Of a DNA stretch of 64,000 nucleotides, positions 9,529-18,595 are shown piece by piece. Within the stretch, counting starts at the first letter, position 1, and every line of letters starts with the position of its first letter. The notes beneath the pieces were generated by a model that saw only the letters and a list, made by a program, of their open reading frames with translations, was not told the origin of the DNA and made no database searches. This DNA is from Pseudomonadota bacterium (lineage in GTDB: Bacteria; Bdellovibrionota; Bdellovibrionia; Bdellovibrionales; Bdellovibrionaceae): contig JBEGVH010000021.1 in the NCBI GenBank assembly GCA_041178425.1, positions 32,001-96,000 on the forward strand, read 5' to 3'. Both the position numbers and the translations under genes were made by a program.

Positions 9529-10395
9529 CTAGGTTGCCGCAATTTTTTCTGCTAGTTCTAAAATGGCAGATCCGTAATCATCTGAATGATTATATTTAAA
9601 GAGTGCTTTTTTATAAGACTTTGACTTTCCTAACTTAAATCCGTTTTTTCGCAAGTAATTAGCAACACTGATAATGGCATCCTCAGGCTCATATAAATCG
9701 GCTACCTTTTTTTCATCAAAACTTTTGGCCCAAACCAAATAGCTCGACGGAAGAAACTGCGCATACCCAAAGGCCCCAGAATAAGAGCCTTTGAGTTCAG
9801 CGACGGTTGAGGGTTTCTTTTTGTTCATTTTATAAAGGGCCCAAAGCTCACCGACCGCCCATTGCCCTTTCGTTGCAGCCCTTGTTTTTACCAAGGCTTT
9901 CATTTTTACTGTTGGTTTTGGATGTTTTGTTTTTAGTTCGGTCAATAACATTTGTTGATACTCTTCACTCTCCGCCAGCAAAAGACTCATATAGACACTC
10001 GCCACATGATACCGCCCGTGATTTTCACCAAATCGGGACTCCACCCACAATAAAGCGGCAATGATCTCTTTTTTTACACCTAATTGAACCTCAGCTTTTT
10101 CAAAGGCCTTGTCATGCTTTTTGAGAAACTCACGACATCGCTTAATACTATCTGTTGTAACGTGACCACTATAATCGGGAGAGAGCAAAAAACCTAAAAT
10201 ATTGAGCTTCACCACTTGTTCGCCCTTAGAACTGTCGTAGGATTTTATCAACTGCTCAATGTAGGCTTTTGGAAAGCCCTTGCTTTTGAGACGCTTTTCA
10301 ATTTTACCCGTAATAGTCAGAGGAACAGATGATTTTGCACCTGTCACAAGAGAAAAGAACATTAAACACAGAATGGTGCTTATGATTTTGAGCAT
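9529..10395 (-). CDS. lytic murein transglycosylase (MltB/SLT_2 family)
   Basis: Catalytic VESRFG, GSYSGAFGYAQFLPSS, SVANYL and YNHS. Signal peptide from ATG 10395 (ORF track start 10452). Confidence 0.9.
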   Translation of the reverse strand: MLKIISTILCLMFFSLVTGAKSSVPLTITGKIEKRLKSKGFPKAYIEQLIKSYDSSKGEQVVKLNILGFLLSPDYSGHVTTDSIKRCREFLKKHDKAFEKAEVQLGVKKEIIAALLWVESRFGENHGRYHVASVYMSLLLAESEEYQQMLLTELKTKHPKPTVKMKALVKTRAATKGQWAVGELWALYKMNKKKPSTVAELKGSYSGAFGYAQFLPSSYLVWAKSFDEKKVADLYEPEDAIISVANYLRKNGFKLGKSKSYKKALFKYNHSDDYGSAILELAEKIAAT

Positions 10396-10495
10396 TCTCT
10401 TAGTATAGAGGTGCATTCCTATTTTGCAAATGAGTGTCTCGCTTTGAGGCACTCATTGGAGGTTTTAAAAAAGTGATGATCAAAAAAGAGAACAG

Positions 10496-10900
10496 CTACT
10501 TTTTCGTCGATTTATAGTACAAGACTAAATCTGACGAATCATTGTCGACGGATTGATGAAAGCTGAGACCCTGGAGTTGAGACTCTTTTTCGATGTCAAT
10601 CCATACGCCCTGGCTGGAGTTAGACGAACCCGTGATAAAATAGAGAACCTCAAATGTTTTTTGAGGAGCCTTTTCTCGACTAAACTCCCTTAGAAAAAAA
10701 TGAACGTTAAATTGGCGCGCACCACAGTTAACTACCCAGTCGTTCATCTCGGCGTTTTGAAGCGTATGAGAACAAGAATAGAAAAAGCTTCCATCGTTTG
10801 CGGCCCAATTAAATCGTAAATTCTTTGAATCCACCGACATTGCCCCCGAAAAAGGGCAAAACAAAAGAGTGCTCAGTAAACAAATTTTAAAAAGTGACAT
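10496..10900 (-). CDS. hypothetical secreted protein
   Basis: ORF with GGAGG RBS before ATG 10900 and a signal-like N-terminus. Confidence 0.65.
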   Translation of the reverse strand: MSLFKICLLSTLLFCPFSGAMSVDSKNLRFNWAANDGSFFYSCSHTLQNAEMNDWVVNCGARQFNVHFFLREFSREKAPQKTFEVLYFITGSSNSSQGVWIDIEKESQLQGLSFHQSVDNDSSDLVLYYKSTKK

Positions 10901-11106
10901 GGATAACTTCCCCTCCAATGATTCGTCGCTCGCGTATCATTATCATTTAGCTATAGAGATTTTATTAAGCTTCTATGACAACGCTCAAAGAACCTCAGTC
11001 CTTGAGGCTATTTTTCTCAGCACGCCCCTGTCAATCTTAGTTCTCTTTGTGAAAATCAATTGAACCTATTAGTCCATCAATAACATTAGTTTATCGGGAG
11101 GATAAT

Positions 11107-11643
11107 ATGCGTAAATATTTTGAAACACTTTTTTGTATCACCTGCTTTGCCTTTTATTTGGACTTACCACAGGCCCGAGCCGACGAAGACCTCTTTATTG
11201 CTCCACCGAACATTTCTTTGAGACCTCCGAATCCTCCCTCCCATCGACCACCGCCACCTCCTCCTTCCCATCGTCCACCACCACCTCCTCCTCCTTACCA
11301 TCGACCACCGCCACCGCCTCCTCCTTACCATCGACCACCGCCACCGCCTCCTCCTCACCATCGACCGCCACCCTACCATCCACCATCGCGGCCCTACTAT
11401 CCTCCAACACCACCACCTTATTATCCTCCACCCAGAAGCTACTCGGCGATGCTTAGCTGTTTTAGTATTAATCGGGGTTACAACGAGTGCTACGTTCGCG
11501 GATATATTCAACGAGCAGGAATTTATGAACAATATTCCCGTACACGCTGCGAGTATGGATATAGCTGGGGATTCTATAGAGACCGAATTTGGGTGGATCA
11601 TGGATGTCGTGCTCACTTCTGGATCGACGACAGGCCCTACTAG
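11107..11643 (+). CDS. secreted proline-rich protein with C-terminal DUF3011-like domain
   Basis: GGAGG RBS, signal peptide, xHRPPPPPPP repeats, then CEYGYSWG...IWVDHGCRAHF typical of DUF3011. Confidence 0.75.
   Translation: MRKYFETLFCITCFAFYLDLPQARADEDLFIAPPNISLRPPNPPSHRPPPPPPSHRPPPPPPPYHRPPPPPPPYHRPPPPPPPHHRPPPYHPPSRPYYPPTPPPYYPPPRSYSAMLSCFSINRGYNECYVRGYIQRAGIYEQYSRTRCEYGYSWGFYRDRIWVDHGCRAHFWIDDRPY
11242..11376 (+). repeat. 27-30 bp coding tandem repeat (four near-full copies plus one truncated) encoding HRPPPPPP(P)x
   Basis: Units start with CATCG at 11242, 11269, 11299, 11329 and 11359. Confidence 0.9.
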
Positions 11644-11655
11644 TTATATTTACCT

Positions 11656-11688
11656 TCGCCCGGTGACTATTATACTGTCATCGGGTGA
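11656..11688 (+). terminator. hairpin after the proline-rich gene
   Basis: TCGCCCGGTGAC / GTCATCGGGTGA stem with a weak T tail. Confidence 0.5.
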
Positions 11689-12036
11689 CTTGGTTTAGGT
11701 GTATCATGCCGGCACCCACTCAAAAATGCCAAATCGCTGCGCGACTAGGCCTCATTTTGTCACTAAAAAACCCATGTCATTTTAACAACTTATTCGATCA
11801 ATGAATTCCATTATTCATTTACGATATAGCTACTGCGGTTATGAATACTTTTGATTTGGACGCAACCCTTCAGTTTCTCACTACTTACTCTAAAACCGCC
11901 CTTCAACGCAAAATCACCCACCACAGAGTTTTAGATTTTCTTAACACTCAACTCAAACGTTGGAATGGTTCTGGCACTTAGAGACGCGAAACAAAACAAA
12001 CACGAGTGAACACAAACAATAAAAGGAGAAGTTGAT

Positions 12037-13245
12037 ATGATCACTTTAAAAGGAAAAATGTTATTGGCGATTTCGACAATGATCGTCGGACAAACTGGTT
12101 TTGCAAAAGGAGAATGGGATAACTTTCGCGAAGCCACGCCTGAAGCTCTGTTTGGTAACCAGACCCAAGAGTCGATTCAAAATAGTAACTACACTGTGCG
12201 TTCTGGCAAAATGAACTCTCAAATGAAAGAAGTCGTTTACCGTTGCCAAGGCGTGAACACCAGCATCGAGATGGCTCAGTTTCAAGGAATGGTTCTTACC
12301 GATGGAATCACAATCAGCGCACTTTACTCAAAGAGCTCCGGTAAATTGGTCTCCATCTTAGCGCGTGGAAAAATCAAGTCTCAGGGAATAACGAAAAATA
12401 TGCTTATGGCCCTCGACGCAAAAGACTGTAGCGTGGATTCCTACGAGAAAGACTATTTTGGTTACCGCCCAACAAAAAATCAGAGCCCGTCAACCCCAAG
12501 ATCATCGGCACCCATGGACCCCGCGATGCCTCAATCAGCACCCCAACCACAAGCCTGTGACATCGCCGTTCGTCTCAATGAATCCAACAGTGATCGCGGC
12601 CACGTTGCCATCAGCTGCCGCTACCAAACGAAGGCTCGCATCTTCGTCAAAGAAGGATCAACTATTCTTTGTGACGAAAAAACCTATGTCGGGCCAGCAA
12701 CAACAAAACAATGTGATTTTGAACGAGACACAACAAGACCCTCAAAGGTACAAGTTGAAGTCACCACCGAAACACGAAGCTTTAAAACTTCACAAAAGTT
12801 TTCAAAGGCTCCCAGCTTTCTTCACCCCGTTCAGGCGAGCTACCAAATGACTAGCAATTACAGTCAAGCCTCTGCCTCTGCTGAGAATTTTCCATTTCGA
12901 GGAACAAGCTTTAAGAGCGAGATCAAAGTTCAAGTAGAAGACCAAGATATTTTAACTATCGATCCAGAAAACGAAATCCGCGTTGATCTTGTGAATCTAA
13001 AGACTGGAAAAATCGTTGGCCAACGCTATCTTTCAACAGGCGCCACAACCACTTTTTATCTCACAGGTTTTTTTGAGGTTCCAAGACTTTTCGGTAAGCC
13101 CCATTGGTCGAACAGCCGCATTCTTCAACCGGGAATTAATGAATTTGCGGTTGTTGTTCATGATGCTTATCAAGAAGAGCCTGCCAATGCACTTAAACTT
13201 GAAACGATTCGCATTGAAGTTCCAGAGATGGATTCGCAAAAATAA
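12037..13245 (+). CDS. hypothetical secreted protein
   Basis: 402-aa ORF with AAGGAG RBS, signal peptide, Pro-rich linker and beta-rich domains containing several Cys. Confidence 0.75.
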   Translation: MITLKGKMLLAISTMIVGQTGFAKGEWDNFREATPEALFGNQTQESIQNSNYTVRSGKMNSQMKEVVYRCQGVNTSIEMAQFQGMVLTDGITISALYSKSSGKLVSILARGKIKSQGITKNMLMALDAKDCSVDSYEKDYFGYRPTKNQSPSTPRSSAPMDPAMPQSAPQPQACDIAVRLNESNSDRGHVAISCRYQTKARIFVKEGSTILCDEKTYVGPATTKQCDFERDTTRPSKVQVEVTTETRSFKTSQKFSKAPSFLHPVQASYQMTSNYSQASASAENFPFRGTSFKSEIKVQVEDQDILTIDPENEIRVDLVNLKTGKIVGQRYLSTGATTTFYLTGFFEVPRLFGKPHWSNSRILQPGINEFAVVVHDAYQEEPANALKLETIRIEVPEMDSQK

Positions 13246-13266
13246 AATCAACTGGTAAATTACTTC

Positions 13267-13303
13267 GAAAACGCACTGAGGCCCATCCTCGGTGCGTTTT
13301 TTT
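13267..13303. terminator. intrinsic terminator (probably bidirectional)
   Basis: AAAACGCACTGAGG-CCCAT-CCTCGGTGCGTTTTTTT between convergent genes. Confidence 0.8.
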
Positions 13304-15128
13304 ATGCTGCCTGTTTTCTACGTTCCTCAGCTTCCTCGTAGGAATAACTGAGGGGCACAGCGAGTCGTTTTCCCTCTTTATAGATTCCTTTAACTTCAAA
13401 AAGCTGAAGGTGATCATTTCGACCGTTTCCTTGAATATCTATTGAATACTCGAGCCAAAACTTTTCTTGAGCCAAGTCGGCGATACTCGCACTAATCAAA
13501 AGATCAGTCCCACACTCCTCCGTCCTTGCCTCAATTTTTGTTGCAAGGTTTAGCGTGTCTCCAGCCAAGGTAAACTCAAATTGATGATCACTTTCGAGGG
13601 AACTCTGAATCACGAAGCCTTGATGAAGACCCATCCCAACCAGCAGAGGTTCTTCTTCTCTTGCCAAACGTTTTTCGTTTAATTCAGCAATAGCCCTCCG
13701 CATTTCAAGCGCTGCATCAATAGCCATGGCTCCGTCGTCAGAACTATCTTCATCAGAGCCCCAGGTGACAATGAAGGAATTATTAATAAATTTATCGATG
13801 GCCCCGCCATGACGCCGTACAACTTTGACCAAAATCGAAAAATACTCATTAAGAGAGTTTACTATTTCATCGGTTGGAAGAGATCGATTAATATCGTTCA
13901 AACCCCTGATTGTCGAAACTAGTACGGTGTATTTCTTTTTTGATTTCGAAAACACCGGCTGTAAAACAGAGTCTTCTTCCTGTTCAAAAGTTTGCGGGAG
14001 CGTTGCCAAAAGCTTTTTCTCTTTATCTCTTGCTTTCAAACCCGTTACCATTTCATCAAAGGCCAAAGCGAGATCACCAATTTCGTCTTTATTTTTAACC
14101 CTCACACCGGCCGCAACAGAGAAATCGCCGCTCCCTACTCTCTCGATTAAATCGGTCAATTTTTCGAGGGGCGATACAAAGCCAAGAGAAAGAAGATAAA
14201 TAAGCAATACGCTTCCTGAGAGAACAAGGCCAATAATCATAAGATTTTGTCGAAAGACTTCCACTTCTGGAGCAAATATTCTCGCCTCACTGACCTGGTT
14301 AAAAATAAGTAATCCAAAATTCGTTTTTGCATACGAGCCGTAAAACATTTCACCCGAAAGGGGATCCGCATATCTGAGTTGACCACTGAGTTCCTGATTT
14401 TTGGTTGCAACTTCAAACATCGGGTGACGGCGAAAATCTGTTAAACCCGCAACGACTTTTTCATTTCCGTTGGAAAAGACGTCGCCGTTGTGGTCGAGAA
14501 GAAAAATTTCCCTTTTTTCTTTATGCCGTAGGATTTTCTGAAACTTAGACAACAACACATAGGCGACACCAATCGAGCGACTGTACCCAAGTTCGTCTTT
14601 AACGATCGGATAGGCCACCACCACAAGGGGTAGCTCTTTAAAAAGAAGTACTTTTCGAATTTCTATCTGGCCACGAGCGATTTGATCTATTGATAGCTCG
14701 CTTGCATGCCTTGCTTTATCGATGGCTCCAGCATCAACCCCCAGTAGATCGAGTCGTTCCTTGCGAAAAAACGTATGATTCAACTTGAACTCGCTCGTTG
14801 TTCGTTCGTAAACATCCACAGCAAAAAGATCACTGTCTTGCTCCAGAATGACCTTGACCGACTTATTAGCTTCCACGCTCTCTTCATTTGCTGCCAAGAT
14901 TGCAATAGCCTTCATTTTTTCAAAGAGACCTTGAAGAAGACTATTCACTTCGACGGCCTTCGACGTCGCACTAAGGTTATTCGCTTCGATTTCTCTTTTG
15001 CTGGCAACCCTCTCAAACATTTTTTTATTCTGAAAAATGAGAGGAATAACTCCGATCAGTAAAATAAAGACGGTTGCCGTTAGTAGCTTCACAAAAAAGG
15101 GAAATCGGAGTCCTAACTTAGTAATCAT
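13302..15128 (-). CDS. membrane sensor with periplasmic (Cache-like) region, HAMP and degenerate class III adenylate/guanylate cyclase domain
   Basis: Two TM segments and a HAMP (PLEKL...DEIGDLALAFDEM). Cyclase blocks TVLVSTIRG, IDKFINN, VGMGLHQG and AGDTLNLATKIE. Confidence 0.85.
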   Translation of the reverse strand: MITKLGLRFPFFVKLLTATVFILLIGVIPLIFQNKKMFERVASKREIEANNLSATSKAVEVNSLLQGLFEKMKAIAILAANEESVEANKSVKVILEQDSDLFAVDVYERTTSEFKLNHTFFRKERLDLLGVDAGAIDKARHASELSIDQIARGQIEIRKVLLFKELPLVVVAYPIVKDELGYSRSIGVAYVLLSKFQKILRHKEKREIFLLDHNGDVFSNGNEKVVAGLTDFRRHPMFEVATKNQELSGQLRYADPLSGEMFYGSYAKTNFGLLIFNQVSEARIFAPEVEVFRQNLMIIGLVLSGSVLLIYLLSLGFVSPLEKLTDLIERVGSGDFSVAAGVRVKNKDEIGDLALAFDEMVTGLKARDKEKKLLATLPQTFEQEEDSVLQPVFSKSKKKYTVLVSTIRGLNDINRSLPTDEIVNSLNEYFSILVKVVRRHGGAIDKFINNSFIVTWGSDEDSSDDGAMAIDAALEMRRAIAELNEKRLAREEEPLLVGMGLHQGFVIQSSLESDHQFEFTLAGDTLNLATKIEARTEECGTDLLISASIADLAQEKFWLEYSIDIQGNGRNDHLQLFEVKGIYKEGKRLAVPLSYSYEEAEERRKQAA

Positions 15129-16770
15129 ATTCCACCATGAAATGAAGATAATGGGCCGTTAACTGAGTTTGATTGAAACCCGATTTAAGAGTTGCCGAAT
15201 TATAGCCGGGCGAGCGTACATCATCGCTCGTGAATGTATAACCACCTAGCCATGTCATTTCTTTTGTGAATCGATAGCTCGCTAGGGCTCCAACGGAGAC
15301 ACTTTTTCCGCTGGTCAACTTAACGCCAGCAGCTGTCGTTCCTTGGCCTAGTTCGGTGAGACCAGCATGTAATTGAAGGCCTAACTTACGATCAATGCCA
15401 CGCCAATATTCAAGTCCTATTTTCGGTCCAGCAAAGCGTATTTTTGAGATCGCCAACGATTTTTCACCCGTCGATTCACTGGTAACAGCCACCGCTTGGG
15501 GTATTTCTTTGAACTGATAGCCCAAACTCAATCTGAGCTGATTCACTTCGCCGAAAGGTTGACGATAGAGTACTGAAGTTTCTGCGCTCGTCAGAAGCGT
15601 ATTCTTTCCTGCCAATAAAATTCCGCCAATGCCAGCACCAAAATTAAAACCAAAGGGTTGATCGGCCAGATACTTCGAAGCCTGTCCGCTCGCCGTTCCT
15701 GTAAATGCCTCGAATCGTGGTTTGACGTCTGTTTCGTAGTTAACCCCTTCGTAATGGAGCTTGGTCACCACATAACTAAACCGACTAAACCAATCCTCAG
15801 AGCGATCAATCGCCTTCTGTATTAACGAAATATCTTCTCGCTCCGCTGTGCGTTTGCCATCAAAGACGTCGAACATCAAGACCGCTGGAGTCGACGCTGA
15901 TTGATATTTTGCCAAAGAGCGCAAATTCAACTTATAGCGTCCACCCTTCCACGTCTCTGGAAACTTGATCTTTTCACCCTGTTCATTCCAAACAGGCATG
16001 GAAACCCATTCGTTCTTTTTTGGGTCATAGCGTTCGAACTGAACCTCAACGCTCTTAGTTCCTTTCGTTTTGATATATTCAATTTCGCGGATATAAATAG
16101 TTTCGGGTTTGATAATAACTGGTGGCTCGAGACCTGGGCCCTCGATAGAAAAAAAGAGCATCTGAGAGTCTTTATCTCCGGAGTCTCCTTTTTCATCGAC
16201 GGCCTGCACTGACCATCGATATCCCGCCATTCCGGACACTTCCACTCTCAATGAAGTGCTCGGCAAATCTTTATTTAATATTAGACGCCCCTCTTCATCT
16301 TCTAAGTGAAACAAGTAGGATTTGGCTCCAGACACTGGTTTCCAGCTAAAAAACACCTCGAGTTTATCGGTGACTGTATTAATGATCGTTTCGTGAAACG
16401 GACGAAGAACTTCAACCTTAGCTAAACGAATGACAATATCCATTCGTTCACTCCAGTCTCCCGGAACACCACGATCATCTCTGGCCCTAATTCGCATCCA
16501 ATACTGACCGGGTGAAAGAATCCCCTCCCAGCGATTCTTAGAAATCATCCGTTCGTTTTTTAAGTACTTTTGACTCTCTGGTAGCCCCACTTCTAAATCG
16601 TAGCTCGCGGCTCCACTGATTGGCTCCCAATCGAGAACCACCTTTCGCCCTTCCTCTTGCACCCCACCCGCTGCCAATGAGGGCGAACCCTGAATGCTCG
16701 AAACAATGATCGAAACTAGGAGCGATAAAGAGATTAAATTTTTAAAGGAGTTGAATAATGTTACCATCAT
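15118..16770 (-). CDS. exported protein with FN3-like domains and putative C-terminal outer-membrane beta-barrel
   Basis: Signal peptide, WEPISGAASY and WKPVSGAKSY FN3-like motifs, amphipathic beta C-terminal half ending YLHFMVEYDY. Overlaps both neighbours. Confidence 0.7.
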   Translation of the reverse strand: MMVTLFNSFKNLISLSLLVSIIVSSIQGSPSLAAGGVQEEGRKVVLDWEPISGAASYDLEVGLPESQKYLKNERMISKNRWEGILSPGQYWMRIRARDDRGVPGDWSERMDIVIRLAKVEVLRPFHETIINTVTDKLEVFFSWKPVSGAKSYLFHLEDEEGRLILNKDLPSTSLRVEVSGMAGYRWSVQAVDEKGDSGDKDSQMLFFSIEGPGLEPPVIIKPETIYIREIEYIKTKGTKSVEVQFERYDPKKNEWVSMPVWNEQGEKIKFPETWKGGRYKLNLRSLAKYQSASTPAVLMFDVFDGKRTAEREDISLIQKAIDRSEDWFSRFSYVVTKLHYEGVNYETDVKPRFEAFTGTASGQASKYLADQPFGFNFGAGIGGILLAGKNTLLTSAETSVLYRQPFGEVNQLRLSLGYQFKEIPQAVAVTSESTGEKSLAISKIRFAGPKIGLEYWRGIDRKLGLQLHAGLTELGQGTTAAGVKLTSGKSVSVGALASYRFTKEMTWLGGYTFTSDDVRSPGYNSATLKSGFNQTQLTAHYLHFMVEYDY

Positions 16771-18521
16771 TCAACCTCCATTTTCTTTAACTTCGGAGCA
16801 CGCAAGGAACTCTTCTCAGGAATCACGAATCGCCCCGAATCCGACGGGTCACCAAGATTACCAGCTTGATCAACGCCATTGACTCGAAAGCTGTAGGTGC
16901 CAGGAAAGAGTTTTTTGAGTTCGATACTGGTGTATCGACTCGCATGACTGAAAATCATTCCATCGGGCGCTCTAATTTCGACATGGTATTCCGCGGCTCC
17001 TTCAACATTTTCCCAGCGCAAATAAACTTTACCACTGGAAGTTGCCTCGGGCTCTGTAGTTACGAGCTTCGGTGAATGTAAGGGCGGTTTCTGGCTCACA
17101 GACAAATGAAGTTCATCAAGGGAGCCAACAGTATCAGAATCCTCATTAAACGCTAAAACTGATACCACATAGGCGCCAGGTTTATCGACTTCAACAATTG
17201 TCTCGGTTGAACGTACCGTTTTGGTCAAAATACGACCGGGACCACCTTCAGCCGGTCGCACTTTCACACGGTAAATTTTATCGGCCGAAGGCGTCGCCGC
17301 CCATTGTAGTTTTAAGAAAGGCTGCTTACCCGAATAAAACTGCTCGATGCCCTCAAAGGTGATCCATTGCATTTTAATTTTTTCAACATCTTTTGACAGA
17401 AATCGAAATGAGTGAGCTTTTGATTTAACAACCCTTCCATCGATGGTGCGGATACCAGTGACTCGCCAGAAATACAGGCCAAACTTGCCTGGTTTGACTT
17501 CAACACTATTGCCGCCAGTTGGTCCACCCGTATAGAGATTATCAGAGAAGGACTCGCTTCGAGAAAACTCGATGTCATACTGAACGAAACTCGGATCACT
17601 GACCCACTTCAAATCAATAGATTCATTCGGATCATCAACTCTCACAGCCCACTCTCCGCTGGGCCCAATCACCGCCGGGGCGAAAACACCTTGAACATTC
17701 AATCGATACGTGGGCGATGTGTAGAGCACTTGCGCCGATGTTTTTTCGATCACCTTCCAACGCCAAAAGTGCTTACCAATAGGAATGGTTACATCGATGA
17801 GTTGAGTCTGGCTTTCGGCGACTCGTTTTTCAGTAAACAAGCGCCGCGATGGTCCCCATTCTAACTCGATCAACCAATCGGGTCGGCTGCCTTCCCACGA
17901 AAACTGATGGGCTTGCGGGAAATCAGGGTTCAGTTCAAAATTGGTGTCGACTGCGGGCGACTTCCAAATAATATTATGAAAGTTCGTTAGAATCTCAGCT
18001 GTTGACGCTAGCGGTTTCACCGCTTCGCTTCCCTGTTTAACGAAGGTCGTCGTCGATTCCGGAACAGCGCAATTGGCCGCGCTCTCATCGGCGACACTAA
18101 TTTTTCGTTCGGGAGTTTTTGAACTGTGAATCTCAATGGGCATAGGTTCGATGGTAAATAGCCCCTCCGTTGTTTTGACCGTGACTAAACCGGAATCAGC
18201 CTCGAGCAGAATGTGTGAGTCGCTTTCTACCGAAATCGCTTTTGCCACCGATGGAATCGCTAATTTCAGATCTCCCTCAGCTCCTGTTTTAATTTCGTCA
18301 AACGGATAAAGTTGGTCTCCTCGCTGAAGAGGTGCCCACATTTTTGAATCTTTTTGTTGGCGGAGATGAAACCCTGAAACGCTTTGAACAAAGCCTATTG
18401 AAGCAATAGACGGCGTATCGCTGAACGACGTTCGAGTGGTGCTTTCATAATAAAGCACGGCCCCAACACCGCTTAGTGTGATCAAAATAGGAAAAATAAA
18501 ACGAGTCATTTTCCTGAACAC
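16767..18521 (-). CDS. FecR-domain protein with tandem FN3-like domains
   Basis: N-terminal TM, FecR-like WAPLQRGDQLYPFDEIKTGAEG, then repeated W...Y...GxYxWRV modules. GGAGG RBS 8 nt before GTG. Confidence 0.75.
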   Translation of the reverse strand: MFRKMTRFIFPILITLSGVGAVLYYESTTRTSFSDTPSIASIGFVQSVSGFHLRQQKDSKMWAPLQRGDQLYPFDEIKTGAEGDLKLAIPSVAKAISVESDSHILLEADSGLVTVKTTEGLFTIEPMPIEIHSSKTPERKISVADESAANCAVPESTTTFVKQGSEAVKPLASTAEILTNFHNIIWKSPAVDTNFELNPDFPQAHQFSWEGSRPDWLIELEWGPSRRLFTEKRVAESQTQLIDVTIPIGKHFWRWKVIEKTSAQVLYTSPTYRLNVQGVFAPAVIGPSGEWAVRVDDPNESIDLKWVSDPSFVQYDIEFSRSESFSDNLYTGGPTGGNSVEVKPGKFGLYFWRVTGIRTIDGRVVKSKAHSFRFLSKDVEKIKMQWITFEGIEQFYSGKQPFLKLQWAATPSADKIYRVKVRPAEGGPGRILTKTVRSTETIVEVDKPGAYVVSVLAFNEDSDTVGSLDELHLSVSQKPPLHSPKLVTTEPEATSSGKVYLRWENVEGAAEYHVEIRAPDGMIFSHASRYTSIELKKLFPGTYSFRVNGVDQAGNLGDPSDSGRFVIPEKSSLRAPKLKKMEVE

Positions 18522-18541
18522 TCGATATGCCTCCAGTACTT

Positions 18542-18593
18542 GTATCGGAACAAGACACTGAAAACTTCACGGACAAATGTCTCAGAATGAGTA
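18542..18593 (-). promoter_or_regulatory. sigma28(FliA)-like promoter with upstream GTCTCA-N3-TGAG box
   Basis: Minus strand reads TGAAGTTT-N12-TCCGATAC. Box GTCTCAGAATGAGTA at 18579-18593. Confidence 0.6.
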
Positions 18594-18595
18594 AG

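Noticed and set aside
11242..11376. 30-bp periodic repeat as a possible CRISPR array
   Set aside because: There are no unique spacers, it is in-frame coding, and no cas genes are present.
11133..11616. Alternative-frame and antisense ORFs over the proline repeat (S/T-rich, RRRRWRW and acidic versions)
   Set aside because: These are by-products of the CCN repeat. Only the 11107 frame has an RBS, signal peptide and recognisable domain.
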